Below are positions 18,616 to 29,320 of a stretch of DNA of 64,000 nt, in pieces (within the stretch, counting starts at the first letter, position 1; each line of letters opens with the position of its first letter). The stretch comes from an uncultured Methanoregulaceae archaeon. Lineage in GTDB: Archaea; Halobacteriota; Methanomicrobia; Methanomicrobiales; Methanospirillaceae. The position numbers were made by a program, and so were the translations under genes. Location: NCBI GenBank assembly GCA_963701095.1, contig OY969564.1, forward strand, positions 480,001 through 544,000, in the 5' to 3' direction. Below the pieces are notes generated by a model. The model saw only the letters and a list, made by a program, of their open reading frames with translations. It ran no database searches and was not told the origin of the DNA.

Positions 18616-21204
18616 ATGAACTCTGCTCGTTGGATAGGTTTTCTTATAATTCTTGCAGCACTGATTCCAGTTGTATCGGCAAATACCCCGACGACCGGGC
18701 ATCCGTTCCTGTTATTTCATGATATCAGTCAAACTCCAGGTTACCAATATCAGAACATGGATCCATGGAATACATGGCAGAATTCCATACTATCCGGTGC
18801 TGATAGATCGCTTGCTTTGGACTTCTCCGGAAATCTCGGAGCGTATGATCGGGTCCAGTATAGAGCAGGTTATGCGCGAGATCTTGGATTAGCCTACCAA
18901 ATAACCAAAAAGCCGCAATACGCCACCAAAGCCAAAGAAGCACTCTTAAATTTATCTGTTGGGACAATAAGTGAAAAAGTGGACAAAGCTAATGCTTTAG
19001 GTGAATATTGTCTTGCGTATGATTTTATCCAACCCACATTGGATCCCGCAACCGATACTATTATCCGAGATAAACTGGCCACACTTGCCGATATGGTATA
19101 TGGTGATCTTAACGGTAACGGCACCACTCGTAATTATGTATCATTTGCCGATTATCATGGTCAAGCTTATCCTATGATGGGTATTGCCGGTGCAGCTCTT
19201 TATGATTACACCAACCCGAATCATTTCCCTCTGACGTCCACACCTGCAGACTGGCAAAAAGTTGGAACTGACTACCTGTTTGTTAACGATCAGCTGCATT
19301 CATATAATCGCTCTCTTTTTAGTTTCGGTTTTGACGAAACTTCGGGAAAGTACCTGAATGGGGCCTATAAATTTTATGTGTATGATGACCTTGATTTATG
19401 GCTCCAAGTCGCGTATCATGCATATGGCGAAAACCTGCTGGATATCTATCCGGCGGCTAAAAAAGGCGTTACCACTGAGATTTGGGATTCGCTTCCCAAC
19501 AACTATGCCAGCAATTATGTCACAAACGGAAATACAGGCTGGGCCTATCAGACCGCCATTATAAGCCTCCTCTCTGACAGCGAGAAAGGACCGGTTCTGA
19601 ACCATATTGACCTGATAGAAAATTCGACCGTCCTGCCTTTCAGCAGATTCTACCAGGCTGGTCCGCCAGCACTTCTCTATTGTGTGTACGGGAATTATGC
19701 ATCAATCCCCCGGTCGTTCCCTACCAACACAAGTTATCTTGATCCTAACAGCATCTTCCAAGTTTTCCGCGGGAGCTGGAATGACGACGCTGACTGGTTA
19801 TCGTTAGTAACCTTCAATGTCGCTTCCCATAGCAATCGGGACTCACTACATGGTGATCAGCTTGCTTTTGAATACTACAGCCGAGGCGATCTCCTTCTTG
19901 CCGATGCAGGTGAAAATAAGTATGTTCTCGACAGGGACTACGGCTATTATGATATCGATCATAATACCCTATCCCTCGAAGACCCGCGGACGCCGTTCCC
20001 GGTCTCACCTTGGTCCAACAGTGCATCTGCAGGAATATTCAAAGGAAACGCTTCTGGCATCGCTACCCCGGTTACAGTTAGTGCAATCGCCCAAGTGCCA
20101 TGGATGCAGCTCGAGCAGGCAAATGCACAGATTACCAGCGTTATGACCCAAACGCTCGGGAATTCCCAGACCCTTTCCAGTCCAATTCAATATGAGAGGA
20201 CGATCTTATACCCGGTATCGACTTCGGATCCAAAATCGAATTATTTCATTGTTGTCGATCGCATGGAAGGAACTGAATCGTGGGTATTCCGTAACATTTT
20301 CCGGCCAACCAGTCTGATGGTAACACCCACTACGAATGCCAATAAAGATAATTACAAATCCCAGTCTGAAGTCGGCCATGTCAACGGCGCCTTATCGATC
20401 GGGACGACACCTTACAATTGGCAGACACTCCCTTACAAGGCGGAGACTGATACCGGATTAACTACAGATTCTTTTTCCTGGGCAACGACCAATCCCTATG
20501 GCAATGACGTCAATTTTAACCTTGTTTCTTCTCCCGCTTCAGATATCCTGATCGAGAAAAATGTCGGCAGAATTGGCGGATATGAAGCTGAATCCGAAGT
20601 TTTTAATCCTATCGTGTATTTTAGGAGCCCCGATACCACATCACTGTACCGGGTCACCGTACTCCTCTCCAGCTATTCGAATGAAACACCTAAGACTGCT
20701 TCTGAGATCCAAGTGAATGGAAACGGTCATGCATTACAGGTTCACTCTTCCTCGTACGATGATTATATCTATACCGGTGAAGGCGTATCTTCATTTGCAG
20801 GATTTTCTACGGATGCTGATACTGTCTTTATCCGGAAAGGGGGAGATACTGAAGAGATAACCCTACTGAATGGATCTTATCTTGATGACCAGAATGATCG
20901 TATTATTAGTCTATCAAAGAATGTCGATATTCTCACGTTAAGTAAAGTAGGCGATCAGATTGACTACCGGATAAGCGGTAACGAAAACGTCGGAGGTTCA
21001 CTTTTTGCCAATACTACAAATACAGCCCAGAGTATCAGTGAAGGCATATATACGCAAGATAATATGCTAGAATCAAGTGCTTTAGCTTCAAATGTGGAAT
21101 CGACTTTGGGATCAACCTTAGAACCCATTACGAACCAGGAGGATTTTATTTCCCGTTTATATTCATTCGTTTCAAAGGTAATAGATACAATTAAAAAATT
21201 GTAA
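18616..21204 (+). CDS. Secreted heparinase II/III-fold polysaccharide lyase/epimerase-like protein (paralog of 8879..12289)
   Basis: Signal peptide; HPFLLF; YCLAYDFI; SLHGDQLAFEYYSRGDLLLADAG...DHNTL; start ATG 18616 or GTG 18607. Confidence 0.75.
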   Translation: MNSARWIGFLIILAALIPVVSANTPTTGHPFLLFHDISQTPGYQYQNMDPWNTWQNSILSGADRSLALDFSGNLGAYDRVQYRAGYARDLGLAYQITKKPQYATKAKEALLNLSVGTISEKVDKANALGEYCLAYDFIQPTLDPATDTIIRDKLATLADMVYGDLNGNGTTRNYVSFADYHGQAYPMMGIAGAALYDYTNPNHFPLTSTPADWQKVGTDYLFVNDQLHSYNRSLFSFGFDETSGKYLNGAYKFYVYDDLDLWLQVAYHAYGENLLDIYPAAKKGVTTEIWDSLPNNYASNYVTNGNTGWAYQTAIISLLSDSEKGPVLNHIDLIENSTVLPFSRFYQAGPPALLYCVYGNYASIPRSFPTNTSYLDPNSIFQVFRGSWNDDADWLSLVTFNVASHSNRDSLHGDQLAFEYYSRGDLLLADAGENKYVLDRDYGYYDIDHNTLSLEDPRTPFPVSPWSNSASAGIFKGNASGIATPVTVSAIAQVPWMQLEQANAQITSVMTQTLGNSQTLSSPIQYERTILYPVSTSDPKSNYFIVVDRMEGTESWVFRNIFRPTSLMVTPTTNANKDNYKSQSEVGHVNGALSIGTTPYNWQTLPYKAETDTGLTTDSFSWATTNPYGNDVNFNLVSSPASDILIEKNVGRIGGYEAESEVFNPIVYFRSPDTTSLYRVTVLLSSYSNETPKTASEIQVNGNGHALQVHSSSYDDYIYTGEGVSSFAGFSTDADTVFIRKGGDTEEITLLNGSYLDDQNDRIISLSKNVDILTLSKVGDQIDYRISGNENVGGSLFANTTNTAQSISEGIYTQDNMLESSALASNVESTLGSTLEPITNQEDFISRLYSFVSKVIDTIKKL

Positions 21205-21241
21205 CTACTGGAATTTCCTCATAAACAAAATTAGATCTTTT

Positions 21242-22121
21242 TTATTCTGCGAGATAGTAAATTTCACTTTCTTTCCGGAGAAAACCTTCTCGTTCCAGTG
21301 CGGCGAGAATCAGTCGTACACGATCCGACTTTTCGCGTACAAGTCCGGTGATCTCTTCCTCTCTCAGCTGTATGCTTTATAAGAAGGTATTTTAAAATAA
21401 TGCCTCTTATACGACGGTCAGATCCCGCAAATGGCGCCTGTTTGACATAGGCAGTGCTCTTGTAGTTGGGATTTGGAACGCTCTTTTTAAGTTCAGCTCC
21501 AAAATCCATCAGTGCCCAATACCATATCCGGGGGTTATCCCGGTCAAGCATCCGTTCCACAACGGAAAGAATATCGGCGTCGGTAATGCTCTCCCTACCA
21601 GAAAAGAAGAAATGGATAAAAACACGACGGATATTGGTTTCTATAAATACAACCGGCATATTAAACGCAAAGGCACAGATAGATGATGCAGTGGCCGGTC
21701 CAATCCCCGGAAATGTTGCCAACACATGAGGATCTGACGGGAGAATTCCGCAAAATTCTTTTTCCATTTTTTCAGCGCTTTTTTTCAGAGATATTGCTCG
21801 CCGGTTATAACCCATTCCCTGCCATACCTTTAGGACATCAGTGAGCGGAGCACGGGCAAGTGAGGCAAAATCCGGGAACGCATCGATAAATTCCGGGTAT
21901 TTTACTGCTACCCGTTCTACCTGTGTCTGCTGGAGCATAATTTCTGAAACAAAAATCCTATAGGGATCATCCGTGTGGCGCCAGAGCATGTCGTGCCGTC
22001 CATAGCGGTTATAAAAAGTTAAAACCATTCTTCGGAACTCTTTTGCAGCTTCATCAGTGAGGTTATCGAAAGAAAAAACCTGGCTGGAACTGTCAAGAAA
22101 AGTCTGCATTGTTTTTTTCAT
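21242..22121 (-). CDS. mutY: A/G-specific adenine glycosylase (MutY-like, HhH-GPD); frameshift near 21360
   Basis: WR...DPY.IFVSEIMLQQTQVERV, WQGMGYNRRA, FPGIGPATA, ETNIRRV; a natural-looking C-terminus (EEEITGLVRE...LEREGFLRKESEIYYLAE*) lies in another frame, stop at 21242. Confidence 0.85.
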
Positions 22122-22200
22122 GATACCGCCGTAATGAGGATACGTATCTCATAACAAATCTTTTCTTAATAATTCGGTAATTATAGTGCGTGATAATCAT

Positions 22201-24051
22201 CTATGTCCGCCCGAACATTTCGTCGAGTTTTGCACGGGTGAACCGGATCATGGTAGGCCTGCCATGAGGACAGGTGAAGGGCGTGTGCATCGCCCGGAGC
22301 TGATTGACGATCCGCTGGCTCTGCTCATAGGTACAGACTGTACCGGCCTTTATCGCACTCCGGCAGGCTATAATCCGGGTAATCCGTTCCCTGTCGCTCA
22401 ACGGTCGTTCCAGATCGGTGTTCATAAGATCACTGACAAGATCATCGATTATTTCCTGACCTTCGCATTTACCCATTATAGCAGGGACCGCCCTGACCAA
22501 AAAGGCATCACTTCCAAATTCTTCGATAATTATACCTTCCTTTGCAAGGGCTGGGATCAGGTCACGAAGAATTGCTGCATCTTTTGGTGATCGATGGATA
22601 ACAATGGGGATAAGTAATTCCTGTGCATTTTTGGTAGAAACGATCCGACGAATCTTTTCATAGAAGATTCGTTCATGGGCAGCATGCTGATCGATAATAA
22701 TAAGCTCACCATCTGGCGCCGCAGCGAGGATATAGATGCCCCCAACCTGCCCGATAACTTCCATCGGCGGAACACTCCCAGAAACCGGTGAATCCATAAC
22801 GGGAACTTCGGTCTGGCGGAGCCGGTGGTCCGTCGACAGGGTTCCTGCATGGGTCGGTTCTGTTGACAAAAAATGATGTGTTTCTGACACTGCCGGCGCT
22901 GCAATCTTCCCGAATCCCGAAATTTTAACCTCATATCGTGAGGAAGTTTCTGCAACACCTGGCACAACAGGAGATTCCGAGGCCTCAGTAAACGTGTGTT
23001 CTTGTCGGGAGATAGTGCCATCAGGAATCAGGTTGTTGTGTCGAAGAATTCCAAAGACCGTATCGCGTAAAGATTCTGCAATCTCTTTTTCCTTGGTAAG
23101 TCGAACTTCCTTTTTTGTAGGGTGCACATTGACATCAACAAGGTGGGTATCCAGGGAAAGGGAAAGGAATGCGACAGGGAACCGGCCCCGGGGAAGGAGT
23201 GACCGGTATCCCTCTCTGATTGCCGCAGTCAGTGAAGTGGATGTAATATACCGTCCGTTAATAGAAACAAGGATCTGCCCGTGATCTTTGCGCGAGAGTG
23301 CAGGGCGTGAAATATAACCTGAAATACGCAGGATGGGCAGATCCGCAGAAACCGGTAACAACTCCCGGGCATATTCATTGCCGAATATCCGGGTAATGGT
23401 GTTAAGCAATTGAGAGGTCCTTTCGGTGGCAAGCTGTTCACGATTGTTATAAAAAAGTCTAAATGATATACTGGGGTAGGCTAAACAGAGACCTTCGAGT
23501 ATTCCGTGTATACGGGCAAGTTCGGTGTTAAGGCTTTTCTGGAATTTTTTCCTTGCTGGTGTATTAAAAAAAAGTTCCTCGACCAAAACATTTGTGCCTT
23601 CCGGAGCTCCGGTTGCTCTCTTTTCATGTAAAATACCGCCGATAACAACAAGCCGGGTTCCGGCAGTCCCTGTACTGCTCCGGGCTTTTGTTACGAGAGT
23701 CACTTTAGCAACAGCAGCAATACTCGCAAGTGCTTCTCCCCTGAACCCCAAGGAGTGAAGAGAAAACAAATCGTCAAGTTTTGTGATCTTACTTGTTGCA
23801 TGCGGGGCAAATGCAAGTTCAGCATCGGCAGGTGACATGCCACATCCGTCATCGGTAACCCTTATGGTGGATATGCCTCCCTGAACAGATGTAATATCGA
23901 TCCTGATCGTGTTGGCGCTGGCATCAATGGCATTTTCGACAAGTTCCTTGACTACAGACGCCGGCCGCTCAACAACCTCTCCAGCTGCAATCTGGTTGAC
24001 TGTCGCAGGATCAAGGATCTGGATAGTCTTGTAGTTCCCATCCTGTGTCAA
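22201..24051 (-). CDS. mutL: DNA mismatch repair endonuclease MutL
   Basis: NQIAAGEVVERPASVVKELVENAIDA, GFRGEAL, DVNVHPTK, DQHAAHER, CPHGRP. Confidence 0.97.
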   Translation of the reverse strand: MTQDGNYKTIQILDPATVNQIAAGEVVERPASVVKELVENAIDASANTIRIDITSVQGGISTIRVTDDGCGMSPADAELAFAPHATSKITKLDDLFSLHSLGFRGEALASIAAVAKVTLVTKARSSTGTAGTRLVVIGGILHEKRATGAPEGTNVLVEELFFNTPARKKFQKSLNTELARIHGILEGLCLAYPSISFRLFYNNREQLATERTSQLLNTITRIFGNEYARELLPVSADLPILRISGYISRPALSRKDHGQILVSINGRYITSTSLTAAIREGYRSLLPRGRFPVAFLSLSLDTHLVDVNVHPTKKEVRLTKEKEIAESLRDTVFGILRHNNLIPDGTISRQEHTFTEASESPVVPGVAETSSRYEVKISGFGKIAAPAVSETHHFLSTEPTHAGTLSTDHRLRQTEVPVMDSPVSGSVPPMEVIGQVGGIYILAAAPDGELIIIDQHAAHERIFYEKIRRIVSTKNAQELLIPIVIHRSPKDAAILRDLIPALAKEGIIIEEFGSDAFLVRAVPAIMGKCEGQEIIDDLVSDLMNTDLERPLSDRERITRIIACRSAIKAGTVCTYEQSQRIVNQLRAMHTPFTCPHGRPTMIRFTRAKLDEMFGRT

Positions 24052-26761
24052 CGATCGCCCTCCCTCTGATTGGGTGTATCCTGTTTTCTGATCAGCTGTT
24101 TGAGTTCAACCAGTTTTGCAAGTGCCTGCATTGGGGTCATGGTATCAGGATTGAGAGTCGACAGTGCCGTGATCACCGGATCCGTAGTCGGCTCTTCCAG
24201 TGCAGGTATGCTGTTATCAACAAGAAGCAGCTGGGTATACCGCTGAATCTTGGATCCACCAGTAAAATCACGATTGAGAGATTCGGCGAGGATCACATCA
24301 GCACGGTCAGTCACTTTTTTTGGGATACCGGCAAGACGTGCCACATGGATTCCATAGCTCTTGTCAGTTGCACCCGGAATAAGTTTACGTAAGAAAACGA
24401 TCTCCTTTTTCGTTTCCTGTACTGCAAAATGATAATTTTTCACCCTTTTCAATTCAGTCTCCATGCCGATAAGTTCATGGAAATGCGTTGCAAAGAGTGT
24501 CTTTGGACCGTTAGTGGATTTTCCATGCAGGTATTCGAGAACTGCCCGGGCAATTGAACATCCGTCAGCTGTGCTGGTGCCCCGTCCAATTTCGTCAAGA
24601 ATGATTAGACTTTTTTCGGTCATATTATTGAGGATGTTGGCCAGTTCAAGCATTTCAACAAAAAACGTGCTTTGACCGCTTGCAAGGTCATCAAATGCAC
24701 CAACCCGGTGAAAATCCGGTCTATAACGCCGATACGGATAAACCGTGCAGGAACAAAGCTTCCCGCCTGGGCCATAATGCAGCAAAGTGCGACTGAGCGC
24801 ATATATGTAGACTTTCCCGCCATATTTGCGCCGGTAATAATCATTATCTGCGTTTTTGATCCCGATACATCGACATCATTGGGAACAAAAGATCCCGGAA
24901 GACTCCGTTCTACTACCGGGTGTCGCATATCCCGGCACATTATCGAATCTCCATCATCGAGCTGAGGACGGACATAATCGTAGTCCTGTGCAATTTCAGC
25001 AAGCGCTGAAGCAACATCCAGCATGGCAATGCTGGAAGAGATCTTTTGAAGAATGGGGATCTTTTTCCGGATCTCATCAATAAGGCCGGTGAATAAAGTA
25101 CGCTCTAGAGCAAGCACTTTTTCATCGGCATCAGTGATAACAGCCTCCTTTTCTCTCAATTCGGGGATCGTATACCGTTCACCGGTTGCAGTTGTCTGAC
25201 GCCGTTCATAACGGGCTGGGACAAGGTTAATGTTGGTTTTACTCACGTCAATATAATAACCAAAAACCCGGTTATAGCCGATCTTGAGTGACCGGATTCC
25301 GGTTTTCTCACGTTCTTGTTGCTGGAGTTCCACAATCCAGTTCTTTCCCGAGTGCAGGACACCCGTCATACCATCAAGCTCAACGGAATAGCCAGGTCTG
25401 ATCATTCCCCCATTTTTTGGGGTTGCCGGCGGATCATCAATAATGGCATTCCGAATAAGATCGATAATTTCCGGCATTTCAATAAGCCCGTCTCGTGCCG
25501 CTGCAACCAGAGTTGGTGCTGGACAGGATACATCCTGAGTTGAAGACTGTTCTACAAGCAGGTTCCTGATTGCTGGAATAGTTTCAAGAGAATCTGCAAG
25601 GGCAATAAGATCGCGTGGGCCGGCGTTTCCGTATGCAATTCGGGCAGTAATTCGTTCTATATCTGCATGACGGGAAAGAAGATCCTGCAGTGATATACGC
25701 AGTAAAGCAGATGAGGTAAAGTATTCAACGGAATCGAGCCGCTCCCCTATTTGCTTAAGATCCGTGAGGGGCCGGGTTAACTGCCCACGCAGGAGACGAC
25801 CGCCCATAGGTGTCTTTGTCCGATCAAGGGTGGAAAAAAGGGTTGCGTTTTTGCTCCCGTCGCGTATGCTCTCGTGGATTTCAAGATTGCGCAGTGTTAT
25901 CGAATCAAGCATCATGCCTTGTGTGGATATGCGAGTTGAAAGGCCACTAACATGAGGAAGCTTTGATTGTTGCGTTTCCTCCGCATAGGCAAGTGCGGCT
26001 CCGGCAGCACCAACTACAGCCGGCATCGCTTCGCAACCATAGCCGGCAAGTGTTGTTACCCCAAAATGATCACAAAGAGTACGAAATGCCCGTTCCGGGA
26101 GGAATTGATCATCTGTATAGGGTGTTACTACCACACCGTCGCGGCGGACGAGATCACGTAGATCTTCATCAATTCCTGAAGGGACAATACATTCTGCGGG
26201 ACGGTACCGTGCTATTTCCGAACGAATACTTCCCGGGATTCCCCCGGAGGGAAGTGCAGAAACAAAAAATTCGCCCGTTGAGATATCAAGAAGAGCCATT
26301 CCCCAATCCGCACCCTTTGAGCCAGGAGCAAGAGCCATCAGGTAGGCAGCTGCTGATGATGTGAGCATTACCGGATCAATCACGGTGCCAGGAGTGATAA
26401 CCCGTACCACTTCTCGTTTTACAAGCCCTTTTGCAACTTTTGGATCTTCAGCCTGCTCACAGATAGCCACTTTGTATCCTTTTGCAACAAGGCGGGCTAT
26501 GTATCCCTCACCGGCATGATGAGGAACTCCGGCGAGCGGTATACGCTGGTCGCCATTTTTGGAGCGAGAGGTCAGGACAAGATCAAGTTCTTTTGAAACT
26601 ATCTCCGCATCACCTTCAAGAGTCTCAAAAAAGTCTCCGATATGAAAAAAAAGGATAGCATCGGGATACTGAGCCTTAATCTCCCGGTATTGACGCATAC
26701 CCGGGGTAAGGTTTTTCCCTTCATTGGTCACCATAGCGCCGGAACCAGGCTCAGGTTTCAT
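24048..26761 (-). CDS. mutS: DNA mismatch repair protein MutS; 1-nt frameshift at about 24707
   Basis: TPGMRQY, FFHIGDFFE, Walker A TGANMAGKST; IDRIFT|RVGAFDDLASGQSTF is split across two ORFs; LDEIGRGTST, FATHFHEL, SYGIHVA. Confidence 0.95.
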
Positions 26762-26851
26762 TTGCAGTACTGTTTTACCGGCAGAAGATTAAACCGTACG
26801 GATCAAACAAGAAACACTCTTTTAATTGTATTTAATCGGGTCTGGTTCTAG

Positions 26852-27592
26852 TTAACGGTTGTACCAATACATGAAAATGACAGGCAGTGATACAAAAAGT
26901 GCTATTAATTCAAACATAAGCCCAATCACAAGCCCGGTACCCAACAGGTCTATAACGGCAAGAAAAACGCTGGTAATTGTAGGAATATTAACAAAAATGA
27001 TACAAATACATACACAGGAAAGAAGGAGTATCCCAATAAAGGCATTTTTTAGGTCCCGGGCACTTGGGGAAAAAGAGAGCGTAAGACTGATAACAAGATA
27101 TAGGTAAAGGATAAACCAACCGTTGAAGTCAGCTATAAGATTGTAGTACAATGTTTGACCAATCGCAGGAATAAGGGAGTACACAGATACGGAAGTATCC
27201 GGGACAAGCATCAGTGATGGATATGTACAGCCAGTGTACGTACCAAAAAACCATGTTACTCCGGCAAGCACAAGCGGCAGGATAAAAAGTGGTGCACTAC
27301 TTATGATAACATTCCCAAGAACAGGAATAGCAGGAGCACCGTATGAGACCATGCCACCCTCTTTTGATAACAAAACGACTTTTTTTATCTTCGCGCCGGT
27401 AATGAGGCATCCGATTATATGAGCACATTCATGAATAGCTATACCGGGGGCACTTATGAAAAGATAGAGCCAAAGCTGCCTCAGCGATTTTGCCCAGATA
27501 TGATCGAGAATAAAGGAAAGGGTCATAACGAGAAGGCCGGTAGCAATGACAATGCTGAACGCTTCCATTGCCGTTGAAAAGGCATAACTCAT
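26852..27592 (-). CDS. Membrane metalloprotease, M50/M50B-like
   Basis: PGIAIHECAH (HExxH), ISSAPL, PSARD; multiple TM segments. Confidence 0.7.
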   Translation of the reverse strand: MSYAFSTAMEAFSIVIATGLLVMTLSFILDHIWAKSLRQLWLYLFISAPGIAIHECAHIIGCLITGAKIKKVVLLSKEGGMVSYGAPAIPVLGNVIISSAPLFILPLVLAGVTWFFGTYTGCTYPSLMLVPDTSVSVYSLIPAIGQTLYYNLIADFNGWFILYLYLVISLTLSFSPSARDLKNAFIGILLLSCVCICIIFVNIPTITSVFLAVIDLLGTGLVIGLMFELIALFVSLPVIFMYWYNR

Positions 27593-27674
27593 CAAAACAA
27601 TAAATCCGGTGGCTCTGCTAAAAAGAGTACGCTGTTCTTAAAATAGAAAAATTCTGATCTTAAAAAGAAAAAAA

Positions 27675-29102
27675 TTATTCTTTCCTGTTCTTCAGGCCAT
27701 AAATAACCAATACTACTCCAATAAGGAGACCTGCTGGCAGAATAAGGCTCGGGAATTCCGGAACCGAACTGCCGGTAGTCCATGTCTTTGTTGCGGTATT
27801 GGAGGTAATAGTTGCACCGCTGTTTGGATCTATGAAACTAGCCTGGATTGTATCTGTTCCCGTTTTTGTGCTCGTGTAACTCCATGTCGCAACTCCTTTG
27901 GCGTTCGTGACATTCGTACCACTTAAACCGGCGTTGGGCCCGGATGTAATGGTAAATGTAATCGTTAATCCACTAAGTGGATTGCCATTGGAATCTTGTG
28001 CCTTTGCTGTCAGAGTGTGGATTGTATTAATGGGATTTGTTGCTGTTGCCGGAGTGAGAACAACACCTTCTCCAACTACTGCCGAGGTGGATTTCAGGTA
28101 AAGTGTTGCTGCCATGATGTTGTCGTTATCCGACGGATTGAGCGTGAAGAACTGGATGTTGGTGTCACCATTAGCGACAAATGGAGCAAGATCATAGAGT
28201 TCTTCATCATACCGGAAGTTTCCTATTGGAGTCAGGTAAGGATCTGGCGGATTACCTACGGTATCGTTATAGCCACCGACAGTGAACAGGGCTCCATCTG
28301 ATTCATCATGATTCAGCTCGTTGTCTTCTCCTCCCGCCCAGGTTGTCAAGCGCTGCTGCGGCAGGGAGTTGGTTGAGACATTAATGATGCTGTATTGAGC
28401 ACTAGATAGCTGATAACTAAACGTATCTGTCAGTCCCAATTGAATGCCGAAATTTGGCAACGTCTTGTTGATGGGATTCGCGAGGCCTATGTTGAATTGG
28501 TCTCCAAGTGCATCTAGTGCACCCCATTCAATAATGACAGTGTTGTCAGCGGTCTGGCTGGGGTCATTGGCGATAATATACAGGGCTTCTCCATCGATAC
28601 TATACGTCTGCGCCCCTTCATTTATGTCAAATGAAACGGTTCCGGCGGGAGCGCTGTCAAACTTGCTCTTAACAAGGGATGTGACGTTCCCCCAGTAATT
28701 TTGACAGCCGAAATTCCCTTCTACATTATTGGTAAAGAAAACAGGCTGGCCGTCAATCTGGACAATTCCCGGTGTTTCAGAACTGCCGGGGGTTGTTGCA
28801 GATGACATAAATGCTGCAAGGACTGTTTCTCCTGGCATCTTCCAAACCCTAATCGGACCGTTCTCGGCGACCGTTCCTATTCCGCCCACCGAGAGGTTAA
28901 CCTTGCCAATAACGGTAACCATTGGCGTTAACCCGGACGAAGGTGCAGTAAGTGAATGGAAACGAACAGCATTGCTTTTTGCAATGGTTGCGGTTCCAGG
29001 AACCGTCCCAGGAATACTTGATCCCAAAACGGGTTGAATAGCTATACATGCTATAACAAAAACCAATAGGACTGTTAATGGAATAGAGTATTTTCGCTTC
29101 AT
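27675..29102 (-). CDS. Secreted surface protein with Big_1 Ig-like domain and PEF-CTERM sorting signal
   Basis: Signal peptide; RBS GAGGAGGT; LTAKAQDSNGNPLSGLTITF...TNAKGVATWSYT; C-terminus VPEFPSLILPAGLLIGVVLVIYGLKNRKE. Confidence 0.85.
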   Translation of the reverse strand: MKRKYSIPLTVLLVFVIACIAIQPVLGSSIPGTVPGTATIAKSNAVRFHSLTAPSSGLTPMVTVIGKVNLSVGGIGTVAENGPIRVWKMPGETVLAAFMSSATTPGSSETPGIVQIDGQPVFFTNNVEGNFGCQNYWGNVTSLVKSKFDSAPAGTVSFDINEGAQTYSIDGEALYIIANDPSQTADNTVIIEWGALDALGDQFNIGLANPINKTLPNFGIQLGLTDTFSYQLSSAQYSIINVSTNSLPQQRLTTWAGGEDNELNHDESDGALFTVGGYNDTVGNPPDPYLTPIGNFRYDEELYDLAPFVANGDTNIQFFTLNPSDNDNIMAATLYLKSTSAVVGEGVVLTPATATNPINTIHTLTAKAQDSNGNPLSGLTITFTITSGPNAGLSGTNVTNAKGVATWSYTSTKTGTDTIQASFIDPNSGATITSNTATKTWTTGSSVPEFPSLILPAGLLIGVVLVIYGLKNRKE

Positions 29103-29320
29103 CAAATACCTCCTCTGTTGTAAGAGGCTCCTTGTTGGAAAAGATTAATCGTCAACAATGAACCCCGTAAAACTCCTTTCACAACTTTCTTTTAAAATAA
29201 ATATGCAAAGCATTGGTGCCTAGCAAATCGTCTCATCGAAATCTGTTAAAAAAAAACCTAAGCGCAATCACAATATTTTTATATTTGAATGAATTTTAGG
29301 AATACTGGTTGAGATTCAAT

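Noticed and set aside
24048..26761. mutS as a true pseudogene producing a mutator lineage that explains the other frameshifts
   Set aside because: purH and ilvD are also broken, yet none of these genes shows in-frame stops or decay, and the breaks share a CCGG context; a sequencing artefact is more parsimonious. Not fully excluded without reads.
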